Of a stretch of 54,899 nt of DNA, positions 6,762 through 14,625 are shown piece by piece. The notes beneath the pieces were generated by a model, which saw nothing but the letters and a program-made list of their open reading frames with translations, was not told the DNA's origin and did no database searches. Numbering within the stretch: the stretch's first letter is position 1; the number at the start of each line of letters is the position of its first letter. Origin of the DNA: Candidatus Tayloriibacteriota bacterium. Lineage in GTDB: Bacteria > Patescibacteriota > Minisyncoccia > Phycocordibacterales > CAIRYW01. The stretch is from contig JARIGV010000002.1 of the NCBI GenBank assembly GCA_029288615.1, positions 1 through 54,899 of the forward strand, in the 5' to 3' direction. Position numbers and translations under genes: made by a program.

Positions 6762-8054
6762 TTACCTATTCTTCCACTCAGGATCCTGTCTTACCAAAAG
6801 TTTTTCTTTGAGAGTTGGATCGAGCATAAGCTCTTCTACTGTGCGCTCCATTCGCATTCCTTGCGAGCCTTTGACATAAATAACGTCACCTTTTTTCATG
6901 AGCGTCTTTACGCACGCAGCACCCGCAAGCGCATCGTCACGCATAAATATTTTATTTTTTCGCATTCCTGCTTCATGAGCTCCTTCTGCAAAATCTTTTG
7001 CACGAATACCAACACAGACAAGTGTATCTACTTTCTGCGCAGCAATGGCACCGAGTCGTCGATGTTCTCCTTGAGAGAATTTTCCAAGCTCGAGCATATC
7101 ACCAAGCACTGCGATCTTTTTTCCTGTACACATCACTTCACCGAGAAGATTAAGAGCTTCTTCGAGAGCGACTGGCGAGGCATTGTATGTGTCGTCGATA
7201 ATAGTCGTTCCTCCCATTCCTTTGATAATGTTCATTCGTCCAGGTGGTGCTTCATGTCGTGCAAAAGATTGCGATACTTCAACAAGATTTAAATTTTGAG
7301 AATATGCCGCCGCAAAAGCTGCAAGCACAGGGTAAAGATGCTGCTTTCCTAAAACTCCCGGAAGAGACACAGGAAGGCTTGAGCCAGCAATATCAACTCT
7401 CATCGTCATACCTGTCGGTCTTCCCTCTACATCGTGTGTGATGTGAATATATGAGGCGACAACATCTGCCTTACTGTCGATCGCATACGTTATCACTTTT
7501 GCTTGTGAGAATTCTTTGAAACCTAAAACATCGTCGTCGTCAGCATTGAGAATAAGCGCTCCTTCTTTTTTTGCATTGCGTGCGAGATGAGATTTCTCTC
7601 GTACTACGTCTGCGACAGATTTATAGAATTCAACATGCACAGGCACTTTTCCGATACGTGTAATGACCGAGACATCAGGCTTAAGCCATTTCGTAACTCT
7701 CTCGATCTCCCCTGGTCTGTCTGCACCGATCTCAAGCACAAGAAAAGATGGATATTCTTTTCTCTTTACAATGAGCATAAGACCGTCCCAGATATTTTTT
7801 GCCCATTTGCGAAAATCTCCCCATGCGTTTGGTACACCAAGAATTGTAAGAGGAATACCGATATCACTGTTGTAGCTCTTCTGGCTTTTTCGTACATGAT
7901 AGAAAGGAAGAAGTGCGGTGTAGAGAGCATCTTTTGTAGATGTTTTTCCGACGCTTCCTGTGACAGCCATAATCTTCGGCTTGTATTTTTTTATGACCAG
8001 CTTGGCTTCGGCCATGAGGATTGCAACAACAATTTTTTTGAAATATTTTTTCAT
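6762..8054 (-). CDS. murF: UDP-N-acetylmuramoyl-tripeptide--D-alanyl-D-alanine ligase
   Basis: Mur-ligase P-loop AVTGSVGKTSTKD, with DDTYNASP and LGDMLELG motifs. Located directly downstream of ftsI. Confidence 0.9.
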   Translation of the reverse strand: MKKYFKKIVVAILMAEAKLVIKKYKPKIMAVTGSVGKTSTKDALYTALLPFYHVRKSQKSYNSDIGIPLTILGVPNAWGDFRKWAKNIWDGLMLIVKRKEYPSFLVLEIGADRPGEIERVTKWLKPDVSVITRIGKVPVHVEFYKSVADVVREKSHLARNAKKEGALILNADDDDVLGFKEFSQAKVITYAIDSKADVVASYIHITHDVEGRPTGMTMRVDIAGSSLPVSLPGVLGKQHLYPVLAAFAAAYSQNLNLVEVSQSFARHEAPPGRMNIIKGMGGTTIIDDTYNASPVALEEALNLLGEVMCTGKKIAVLGDMLELGKFSQGEHRRLGAIAAQKVDTLVCVGIRAKDFAEGAHEAGMRKNKIFMRDDALAGAACVKTLMKKGDVIYVKGSQGMRMERTVEELMLDPTLKEKLLVRQDPEWKNR

Positions 8055-8065
8055 ATTTTTATTTG

Positions 8066-9775
8066 CTATCGGTCGGGCGGAATTTGATAATAATTGAATA
8101 GGAATTTCGACAAATCGAAGAACGGCTGGCCTAGAGTATTGGCAGCGAAGAGATTTGTCTTTGGATCATATGTATAAAGCAAGATGACGAACTGTGGGTC
8201 TGTAGCCGGAAAATATCCCATGAATGAATGCAGGTAGCGGTCAGTATAGTACCCTCCACCGCCTTCTTTGGCAATTTGAGCAGTACCAGTCTTTGCGGCC
8301 ACAGTATAGTGCGGATTCTTACCAGCACCTCCCAGAAGGGCCGTATCGACAGTTTTAATGAGCATAGACGTGAGTGTCTGTGACGCCTCAATACTTATGG
8401 CATGAGGACCTACTGGCGGGTTTATGGTCTTAAATAGGCCGTTATTGTAGCTTATCTTTTTTACGACATGTGGAGTTACAAGGACACCGCCGTTTGCGAG
8501 CGTTGCGAGGGCGCGAATGGTTGCAATTGGCGTCATGGCGATACCCTGTCCGAATGATGCGGTAATGTAGTCGATCTCCTGTTTGCTTCGAACGTTTGAA
8601 ATGAGATCCTGCGCTTCGTTTGGAAGATCGATACCCGTCTTATCTCCCAAGCCATATGCATAAAGATAGTCTCCAAATTTTTTCTGTCCGAGCTTTTGTG
8701 CGACGAATGCAGCACCGGTGTTGAGCGAGTCATTGAGAACATCCTGCATCGACGTAATACCATTTTTGATAAGGTCATGGTTGTGAATGGTCATATTGTT
8801 CGCGGTTACTGAACCTGTATCGTTGTATGTTGTGTTTTGTGTGATCACTCCCGCATCAAGACCTGCAGCCATGGTAATAGGTTTTATAATAGAACCCATT
8901 TCGTATACTTTTTCGACGAGAGGGTTTGAGAAAACAGAAACATCTTTCTGTGTTTGGAAATTGTTTGGATCAAAAGTTGGCATTGCTGCCATCGCATAAA
9001 TTTCTCCATTTTTTGGATTCATAATAATTCCTCCTGTTTCATCTGAATGCCACGAATCTTGAATTTTCGTAAGTGCACTTTCGAGAGTGGTCTGCACGGT
9101 AGGCTCGATTGTCGCTACAATATTTCCTTCTGGATCATCTGTCGGTGATGCTGTTTTTGAAATATTTGAGAAAATCTGCACGAAGAAGTTTGCATAGAGA
9201 TCTGTCTTACCGCGACCTAAAACATTTTCATAGAATCTCTCAAGACCGTACCGCCCGACAAGGTCATCGCCTTTATATGCGACAAAACCAAGTGTATGTG
9301 CTGCTGTCTGCCCTGCTGGGTAAAAACGCCACTGGTCTTTGTAAACGCTAATACCTGGAATATTTGCATCATCAATTTTTTTGCCATTCTCCTCAGATAC
9401 TTTTTTTGCAATCTCAATGTAAGACTGTGTTTTTTGCGCCGTTTTTTGCATGAAGAAATCATGATCGATTGGTATGATGGCGTTTAGTGCTTGATATGTC
9501 GATGTGGCATCGGTAATTTTCTTTGGATTCACAGCTACAGTAAAACCTGTTGCAAGTGTTGCCGCAGAAATAAGATCTCCGTTTTTGTTTTGGAAAAAGA
9601 TCGTACCACGATCAAAAACTGTATTCGAAGGTCTTGTATATTGTTTGTCAGCAAGGATCGTAAAGTCGTGATATTGGATGACCTGGAGAATATAGAGCTT
9701 TACTATAAAAACGAGCGCCACGAGAATGACGCCGAGTGAGACTATGCGAATTCGTGAAATATTTTTAAATTTCAT
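8066..9775 (-). CDS. ftsI: Class B penicillin-binding protein (division transpeptidase FtsI-type)
   Basis: N-terminal TM, a PBP dimerisation region, and transpeptidase motifs SIIKP, SLN and KTGTA. Located in the dcw cluster. Confidence 0.9.
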   Translation of the reverse strand: MKFKNISRIRIVSLGVILVALVFIVKLYILQVIQYHDFTILADKQYTRPSNTVFDRGTIFFQNKNGDLISAATLATGFTVAVNPKKITDATSTYQALNAIIPIDHDFFMQKTAQKTQSYIEIAKKVSEENGKKIDDANIPGISVYKDQWRFYPAGQTAAHTLGFVAYKGDDLVGRYGLERFYENVLGRGKTDLYANFFVQIFSNISKTASPTDDPEGNIVATIEPTVQTTLESALTKIQDSWHSDETGGIIMNPKNGEIYAMAAMPTFDPNNFQTQKDVSVFSNPLVEKVYEMGSIIKPITMAAGLDAGVITQNTTYNDTGSVTANNMTIHNHDLIKNGITSMQDVLNDSLNTGAAFVAQKLGQKKFGDYLYAYGLGDKTGIDLPNEAQDLISNVRSKQEIDYITASFGQGIAMTPIATIRALATLANGGVLVTPHVVKKISYNNGLFKTINPPVGPHAISIEASQTLTSMLIKTVDTALLGGAGKNPHYTVAAKTGTAQIAKEGGGGYYTDRYLHSFMGYFPATDPQFVILLYTYDPKTNLFAANTLGQPFFDLSKFLFNYYQIPPDR

Positions 9776-10076
9776 TCTTAAAAGCTATGCTAAGACCTGA
9801 AGATTTCTTTGCAACGAGCGTATCTGTCACTTCTACGTAGCCAAGTGAGTGAGCCATTGTGCTGTCGATTGATGCTGTTGCGCTGAGGTACGCAAATTCA
9901 AGCTTGCTCACATCTGATGTAAGAGCTGCGATTTCTTTTTCCGCATCCTGGCGAGCGAGGGTGTTTCGCACAGTCTGGAGCATAAGACCAACATAGAGAG
10001 CTCCGAGGACAAAACAGAGAGCTGAGAGAGTCCAGAAGACTTTTTGGTATCGATATTGTGATGGAACTTTTGTCAT
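9765..10076 (-). CDS. ftsL: FtsL-like cell-division protein
   Basis: 103 aa with a single N-terminal TM followed by a short coiled region. The position between rsmH and ftsI and the 11-nt overlap with ftsI support the call. Confidence 0.6.
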   Translation of the reverse strand: MTKVPSQYRYQKVFWTLSALCFVLGALYVGLMLQTVRNTLARQDAEKEIAALTSDVSKLEFAYLSATASIDSTMAHSLGYVEVTDTLVAKKSSGLSIAFKNEI

Positions 10077-10082
10077 TGTATT

Positions 10083-10994
10083 TTAAATTTTTTGAATGAT
10101 TCGGAGTTTCGCGCTTCGTGACCTTGGATTCTCTTTTAGCTCTGCATCACTTGGCGTTATTGGTTTTTTTGTAATAATTTTTCCTCTCCCCTCTTTTTCC
10201 ATTTCTCTAAAGAATCTTTTTACGATTCTGTCTTCAAGGCTATGAAAAGATATCGCTGCCATTCGGCTTTCGCTTGATAGCTTTTCAAAACCCTTAATAA
10301 GACCTTCTTCAATTGCACCGAGCTCGTCGTTTACTGCAATGCGTATTGCTTGGAATGTTTTCGTGGCCGGATGAATTCTTCCTCCTCGAAACATTCGTGG
10401 CACTGCGCTTGTGATAATGTAAGCGAGTTCAAATGTCGTCTCGATCGGTTTAATAGCTCGTGCTTCACAAATTACTCTCGCAATGCGTCCTGCAAATCTC
10501 TCTTCACCAAAACCCTTTATGATCACTTTGAGATTTTCTTCCTCAAAGTTGTTTACAACATCGCGTGCTGTGAGGTCGTTCTCCGTAGGATGTGATTTAA
10601 GCGTCATGAGAAGTGGCTCATCGAATTTAAATGAGAATCCTCTTCCTGACTGCCCTAGTTCGTCTGAGCTAAGTCCGAAGTCAAAGATGATACCGTTTAC
10701 TTCTTCGATGTGTGCATCACGAAGAGCAAGATCAAGCTGACGGAAATTTCCATTCCATCCGAAGAATTTTGCTCCAGTTGCTTTTACTTTCTCTTCCGCT
10801 CGCTCAAGTGCATCTTTGTCTGCATCGATGCCGATGATTGTGATATCACCACCAACTTTCTTTGCAGCTTCAGTTGCGTGCCCTCCTCCGCCCAATGTGC
10901 CATCGAGAAGAACATCACCTTTTGTAAGCTCTAAACCGTCTATTGTTTCTTGTAAAAGAACACTTTTATGCACTGTTTTGTCCCGGGCTTCCAT
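10083..10994 (-). CDS. rsmH: 16S rRNA (cytosine1402-N4)-methyltransferase
   Basis: HKSVLLQE...DGTLGGGGH, DLGLSS-type motif (DFGLSSDEL) and SFHSLEDR. Confidence 0.95.
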   Translation of the reverse strand: MEARDKTVHKSVLLQETIDGLELTKGDVLLDGTLGGGGHATEAAKKVGGDITIIGIDADKDALERAEEKVKATGAKFFGWNGNFRQLDLALRDAHIEEVNGIIFDFGLSSDELGQSGRGFSFKFDEPLLMTLKSHPTENDLTARDVVNNFEEENLKVIIKGFGEERFAGRIARVICEARAIKPIETTFELAYIITSAVPRMFRGGRIHPATKTFQAIRIAVNDELGAIEEGLIKGFEKLSSESRMAAISFHSLEDRIVKRFFREMEKEGRGKIITKKPITPSDAELKENPRSRSAKLRIIQKI

Positions 10995-10996
10995 AT

Positions 10997-11431
10997 TTAG
11001 AATGCTCCTGTTTGGCTCAGTTTCTCAGCGAGAGAATCTGCGCCGGCAACCACCCTCTTCTTGTAGTCCTCCCATCTCTTCTCATTCCAGACTTCAAGGC
11101 GACTGTGCACTCCAATAAATACCGCCCCTGTTTTTACTTCCGCAAACTCTCGCAAATATTCCGGGATAAGAATTCTTCCTAGCGCGTCTACCTCAAGCTC
11201 CACAGCGCCACCAAACATGAATCTGTTGAACTCTCGCCAGTCACTTTTAAGCATTCCTCCCGAAGCAATCTGCCCTGATATCTTCTGCCACTCTTTTTGC
11301 GGATACAAAGAGAGACAGTTTTCCAAACCATATGTGGCTACAATCTTCTTGCCCATCTCCTTGCGAAATTTCGACGGCAGCGAAATGCGTTTTTTGTCGT
11401 CGATTGTGTGTTTGTATTCGCCGATAAGCAT
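10997..11431 (-). CDS. mraZ: Transcriptional regulator MraZ
   Basis: Two SpoVT/AbrB-like halves carrying the DxxxR motif (DDKKRISLPSKFR and DALGRILIP). First gene of the dcw cluster. Confidence 0.95.
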   Translation of the reverse strand: MLIGEYKHTIDDKKRISLPSKFRKEMGKKIVATYGLENCLSLYPQKEWQKISGQIASGGMLKSDWREFNRFMFGGAVELEVDALGRILIPEYLREFAEVKTGAVFIGVHSRLEVWNEKRWEDYKKRVVAGADSLAEKLSQTGAF

Positions 11432-11444
11432 TTTTAATTATTTA

Positions 11445-11491
11445 CCACTTTATTCCACTTAGTTACTATTTTATACCACTCTCTCACCACT
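11445..11491 (-). promoter_or_regulatory. Putative MraZ operator: four AGTGG direct repeats around the mraZ -10 region
   Basis: CCACT on the plus strand at 11445, 11455, 11476 and 11487, giving spacings of 10, 21 and 11 nt (helical phasing). TATAAA lies between boxes 2 and 3 on the minus strand. Confidence 0.5.
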
Positions 11492-11568
11492 ACCAAACAG
11501 AGTTTTCCACACAGAGACACGGTCGAAAAAGCATTGCATTGTGAGATGTAGATGTTAAAGTTTTTGTG

Positions 11569-11919
11569 ATGTATTATTTTGCACCTTCACGTGAAGAGAT
11601 CGAGAAAGCGATCAAAGCAGAAGAGACGGTCGAACTTATGCGCAGTACTCCTGGTGAGCCGCTCCGCATTCAACCACTTTATATCGCCGAAATAAATGGC
11701 GAGAATGAAGAAATCATCTCTGTCTGTTTCGCTGCAGTACTCACCAAAGCCAACACACTCTCTCATTTCAAGCGACTTGAATGGAATGAACGGAAACGTG
11801 AAATAAATCCACATGCCGAGCACCTTCGTGCACGAAAGATGGAGCAACACGATCCCGAACTCATACCGTATTTGAACCTTGTTAAACTTTCACGAAAACC
11901 CACTCGCGCTGCCGCCTAG
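11569..11919 (+). CDS. Hypothetical protein
   Basis: 116-aa ORF starting at the ATG at 11569 (a GTG lies one codon upstream). No family recognised. Confidence 0.5.
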   Translation: MYYFAPSREEIEKAIKAEETVELMRSTPGEPLRIQPLYIAEINGENEEIISVCFAAVLTKANTLSHFKRLEWNERKREINPHAEHLRARKMEQHDPELIPYLNLVKLSRKPTRAAA

Positions 11920-11977
11920 GCCTCGCGAGAATTTTTATATAAAAAAATTGCGCAGAAAATTCTGCGCAGTAAAAGAA

Positions 11978-12361
11978 CTATTTTTTTGCGATCGTGATCG
12001 AGGCAATACCAAAACTCACAGAAAGATCCTTGAGACTAAGCCCATAAAAATGAGCGTGTATGATCTCAAGAAAACTTTCGACCGAGCTTGGTCTATCACA
12101 GTGAAAAATTGTCAGTTCATCAAAGTGAACGAAATCTTCCGGCCGCGGCTGTGGAGTTTTGGGAATGACATCCACCACTCCACTGCTCTGCTTTTCGATA
12201 CTGAAATCGCCCTCGTGAAGAAGTGGAAATTCGATTTTAAGAATTTCCTCAAGTCCCTTTGGGCAACTTGGAAAGTTCGAAGGATAGAATGATATTTTTT
12301 CGATGCACTCCTCTCCGTTTACATCAACGAGAGTACGAATGTGCTTTTGTGTTGTCCTCAT
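11978..12361 (-). CDS. Hypothetical protein with a possible C-terminal HTH-like segment
   Basis: 127-aa ORF with C-terminus GLSLKDLSVSFGIASITIAKK. A terminator hairpin at 11949..11968 plus a T-run follows on the minus strand. Confidence 0.5.
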   Translation of the reverse strand: MRTTQKHIRTLVDVNGEECIEKISFYPSNFPSCPKGLEEILKIEFPLLHEGDFSIEKQSSGVVDVIPKTPQPRPEDFVHFDELTIFHCDRPSSVESFLEIIHAHFYGLSLKDLSVSFGIASITIAKK

Positions 12362-12392
12362 AATAAAACAAGCGCCTTGTTCGGGCGCTTGT
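12362..12392 (-). terminator. Intrinsic terminator after lysS
   Basis: ACAAGCGCC-cgaacaa-GGCGCTTGT followed by TTTATT on the minus strand, and immediately after that the ATG of ORF 11978..12361. Confidence 0.6.
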
Positions 12393-12493
12393 TTTTGAGA
12401 TCAAATATTTTTAATCACAAACACAAACGTCCGAACGGATTCGTCGTTTTCTTCGTCGTCTTTGTGATTGTAATAAATGTAAATTTCATTATT

Positions 12494-13966
12494 TTACTCT
12501 TCGTCTATTTTCGGCTTCATAAGCGGAAATGTCACCGTCTCACGAAGAGGTTTGTCTGCAAGTACTGCAAAAAGTCTTTCACCGAATCCGAATCCACATG
12601 TTGGTGGCATCGCGTGCTCAAGCATTTCTACGAATTCAAGATCTGACATCATTGCTTCTTCATCACCACGATCGATAAGTTTCTGCTGCTCTTCAAAGCG
12701 TGCGCGCTGGTCGATCGGATCATTGAGCTCCGCATATCCATTTCCAATTTCGCTTCCTGCAATAAGTGGTTGGAAGCGCATTACTGTGCCAGGTTTTTTT
12801 GGATCCTCTTTTGCAAGAGGTGCTACAAGCTTTGGATGATTTACAACAAATGCAGGACCTGAAATTGATTTGCGGCAAAATTTCCAGAGTGAGTCTGTGA
12901 GTCGCTCCTTATTCTCCCCTTCAAATTTCACACCAAGCTCTATAAGCTTTGCTTTCATTTCTTTTTCTGTCGCAGTAGCGAGATCAATTCCCGTCTGTCG
13001 TTTTACTTCTTCAGAGTAATCAATTCTCTTCCAAGGTTTTGCGAGATCGAATTCGTGCCCGCGAGAAATAAAATCTGTTTTTCCAAAAACTTCTTTTGCA
13101 ATTGTGCGATAGAGTTCTTCGACAAGCTCCATTCCCATGTCTGTATCTGCGTAACCATAGTAGAACTCAAGATTTGTAAATTCCTGAAGATGTTCTGGGC
13201 TTGATCCTTCATTTCTATAAATGCGACCAATCTCAAAAGTCTTTGGATAACCCGCAGCCATGAGTCTTTTCTGCCAGAGCTCTCCTACTGAGATACGAAG
13301 AAATACGTCGATGTCATAATCGTTGTGATGTGTTTTGAAAGGTCGCGCTTCTGCTCCACCAGTTGTGAGCTCAAGTGTCGGTGTCTCAACTTCAAGAAAC
13401 CCATGAGACTTCATAAAATTGCGTGCGACATCCCAGAATTTTGATTTCTTAATGAGAAGATCGTGAAGTTCTGGATTTCCCAAGATATCGAGATATCGTT
13501 TTCGATATCTTTCTTCAACATCCTGAAGACCATGCCATTTTTCTGGAAGAGGCTGAAGACTTTTTGAAAGCATTTTCCAACCTTTTACCGCAAGAGTTTT
13601 CTCACCTCGTTTTGTTGTAAAAACTGTACCCGTTGCCTCAACAAAATCTCCCATATCGACTACTTCATTCCAAAAATCAAAAGCTTCATCTCCTATTTCA
13701 TCTTTTTTTAGAATTCCCTGAAATTTTCCTCCATGTTCTGAGCCATCAAAAAGATCGAAGAAAATAATTGCACCCTGCCCACGAAGCGACATCACTCGTC
13801 CCGCAAGAGTAATTTCTTCTACACCTTTCTCAAGAGTTTCAAAGGCAGAAATAGCCTCACCGATTGAGTGAGTTTTGTCTGTATGCGCTGGATATGGATT
13901 AATACCTTTCGCCTGTATTTTCGCGAGCTTTTCGAGTCTTACATTTCGTATGTCTTCAATAGTCAT
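12494..13966 (-). CDS. lysS: Lysine--tRNA ligase (class II)
   Basis: OB-fold N-terminus, class II motifs (FLEVETP, YRNEG, GFGFGERL). The ATG at 13966 (MTIEDIR) is chosen because the greA terminator hairpin occupies 14000..14030. Confidence 0.95.
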   Translation of the reverse strand: MTIEDIRNVRLEKLAKIQAKGINPYPAHTDKTHSIGEAISAFETLEKGVEEITLAGRVMSLRGQGAIIFFDLFDGSEHGGKFQGILKKDEIGDEAFDFWNEVVDMGDFVEATGTVFTTKRGEKTLAVKGWKMLSKSLQPLPEKWHGLQDVEERYRKRYLDILGNPELHDLLIKKSKFWDVARNFMKSHGFLEVETPTLELTTGGAEARPFKTHHNDYDIDVFLRISVGELWQKRLMAAGYPKTFEIGRIYRNEGSSPEHLQEFTNLEFYYGYADTDMGMELVEELYRTIAKEVFGKTDFISRGHEFDLAKPWKRIDYSEEVKRQTGIDLATATEKEMKAKLIELGVKFEGENKERLTDSLWKFCRKSISGPAFVVNHPKLVAPLAKEDPKKPGTVMRFQPLIAGSEIGNGYAELNDPIDQRARFEEQQKLIDRGDEEAMMSDLEFVEMLEHAMPPTCGFGFGERLFAVLADKPLRETVTFPLMKPKIDEE

Positions 13967-13992
13967 GAGAATTATGATAGCAGATGAGTTTT

Positions 13993-14030
13993 CATAAACA
14001 AAGCCGCGCCTCACAAGGAGGCGCGGCTTT
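13993..14030 (-). terminator. Intrinsic terminator after greA
   Basis: 11-bp GC-rich stem AAAGCCGCGCC/GGCGCGGCTTT followed by GTTTAT. Confidence 0.6.
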
Positions 14031-14039
14031 CGAGTTTCT

Positions 14040-14507
14040 TTATTTAACGTCGATCACCTTATACGCCACCTTTCCTTTTGGGCTAGTGAAAGTAAAGCTA
14101 TCGCCTTTCTTCTTTCCATACATCGCCTGTCCGAGTGGAGAATGATTTGAAATCTTCCCATTTGCAATATCAGCCTCTTCAGAACCTACGATCTTGTATG
14201 TATGTCGAGTTTTTTCTCCTTCTTTTTCAAGAACGACAGTTGCACCAATATCAGCAATACCACCATGATGTGCAGTCATGATTTCAGCAGATTTGAGAAT
14301 TGATTCGAGTTTACCAATACGCTCTTCGATCGTTGCCTGCATTTCGCGTGCCTCTTGGTATTCCGCGTTTTCAGAAAGATCTCCCATGCTTTTTGCATAT
14401 TCGAGATTTTCCGCTACTTCGCGTCTTTTAGTTTTCTTGAGATGTTCAAGCTCGGCTTCAAGCTCTTTAAACTTCTCTTGTGTGAGGTATTCTTTTTCCT
14501 CAGTCAT
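14040..14507 (-). CDS. greA: Transcription elongation factor GreA
   Basis: Coiled-coil N-terminus carrying the acidic tip (GDLSENAEY) and a GreA C-terminal globular domain. Confidence 0.95.
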   Translation of the reverse strand: MTEEKEYLTQEKFKELEAELEHLKKTKRREVAENLEYAKSMGDLSENAEYQEAREMQATIEERIGKLESILKSAEIMTAHHGGIADIGATVVLEKEGEKTRHTYKIVGSEEADIANGKISNHSPLGQAMYGKKKGDSFTFTSPKGKVAYKVIDVK

Positions 14508-14596
14508 TGGAATTTATTTATATAGTAAGCCCTAGTGTGGCCACAAAAAGTGACCTCTTTTGGGGCCTAACTTTACGATTTTTGACCCCAAAAGTC

Positions 14597-14620
14597 AATG
14601 GTTAACAACTGTTAACCATT
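14597..14620 (-). terminator. Hairpin after the mre/PBP2 operon
   Basis: Perfect 10-bp inverted repeat AATGGTTAAC..GTTAACCATT with a 4-nt loop. On the minus strand it is followed by GACTTTTGGGG, a short U tract. Confidence 0.4.
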
Positions 14621-14625
14621 ATGCC

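Noticed and set aside
11879-12292. A 137-aa plus-strand ORF antisense to ORF 11978..12361.
   Set aside because: Its Trp/Arg/Lys-rich composition is junk-like, and it begins inside the 3' end of the preceding gene. The minus-strand frame has a cleaner composition and its own minus-oriented terminator. The minus-strand ORF's expression signals are themselves odd, as described in the findings.
12341-12646. A 101-aa plus-strand ORF spanning the lysS 3' region.
   Set aside because: It crosses the terminator hairpin and runs antisense into lysS. It has a low-complexity Phe/Val/Ile composition typical of A+T-rich non-coding sequence.
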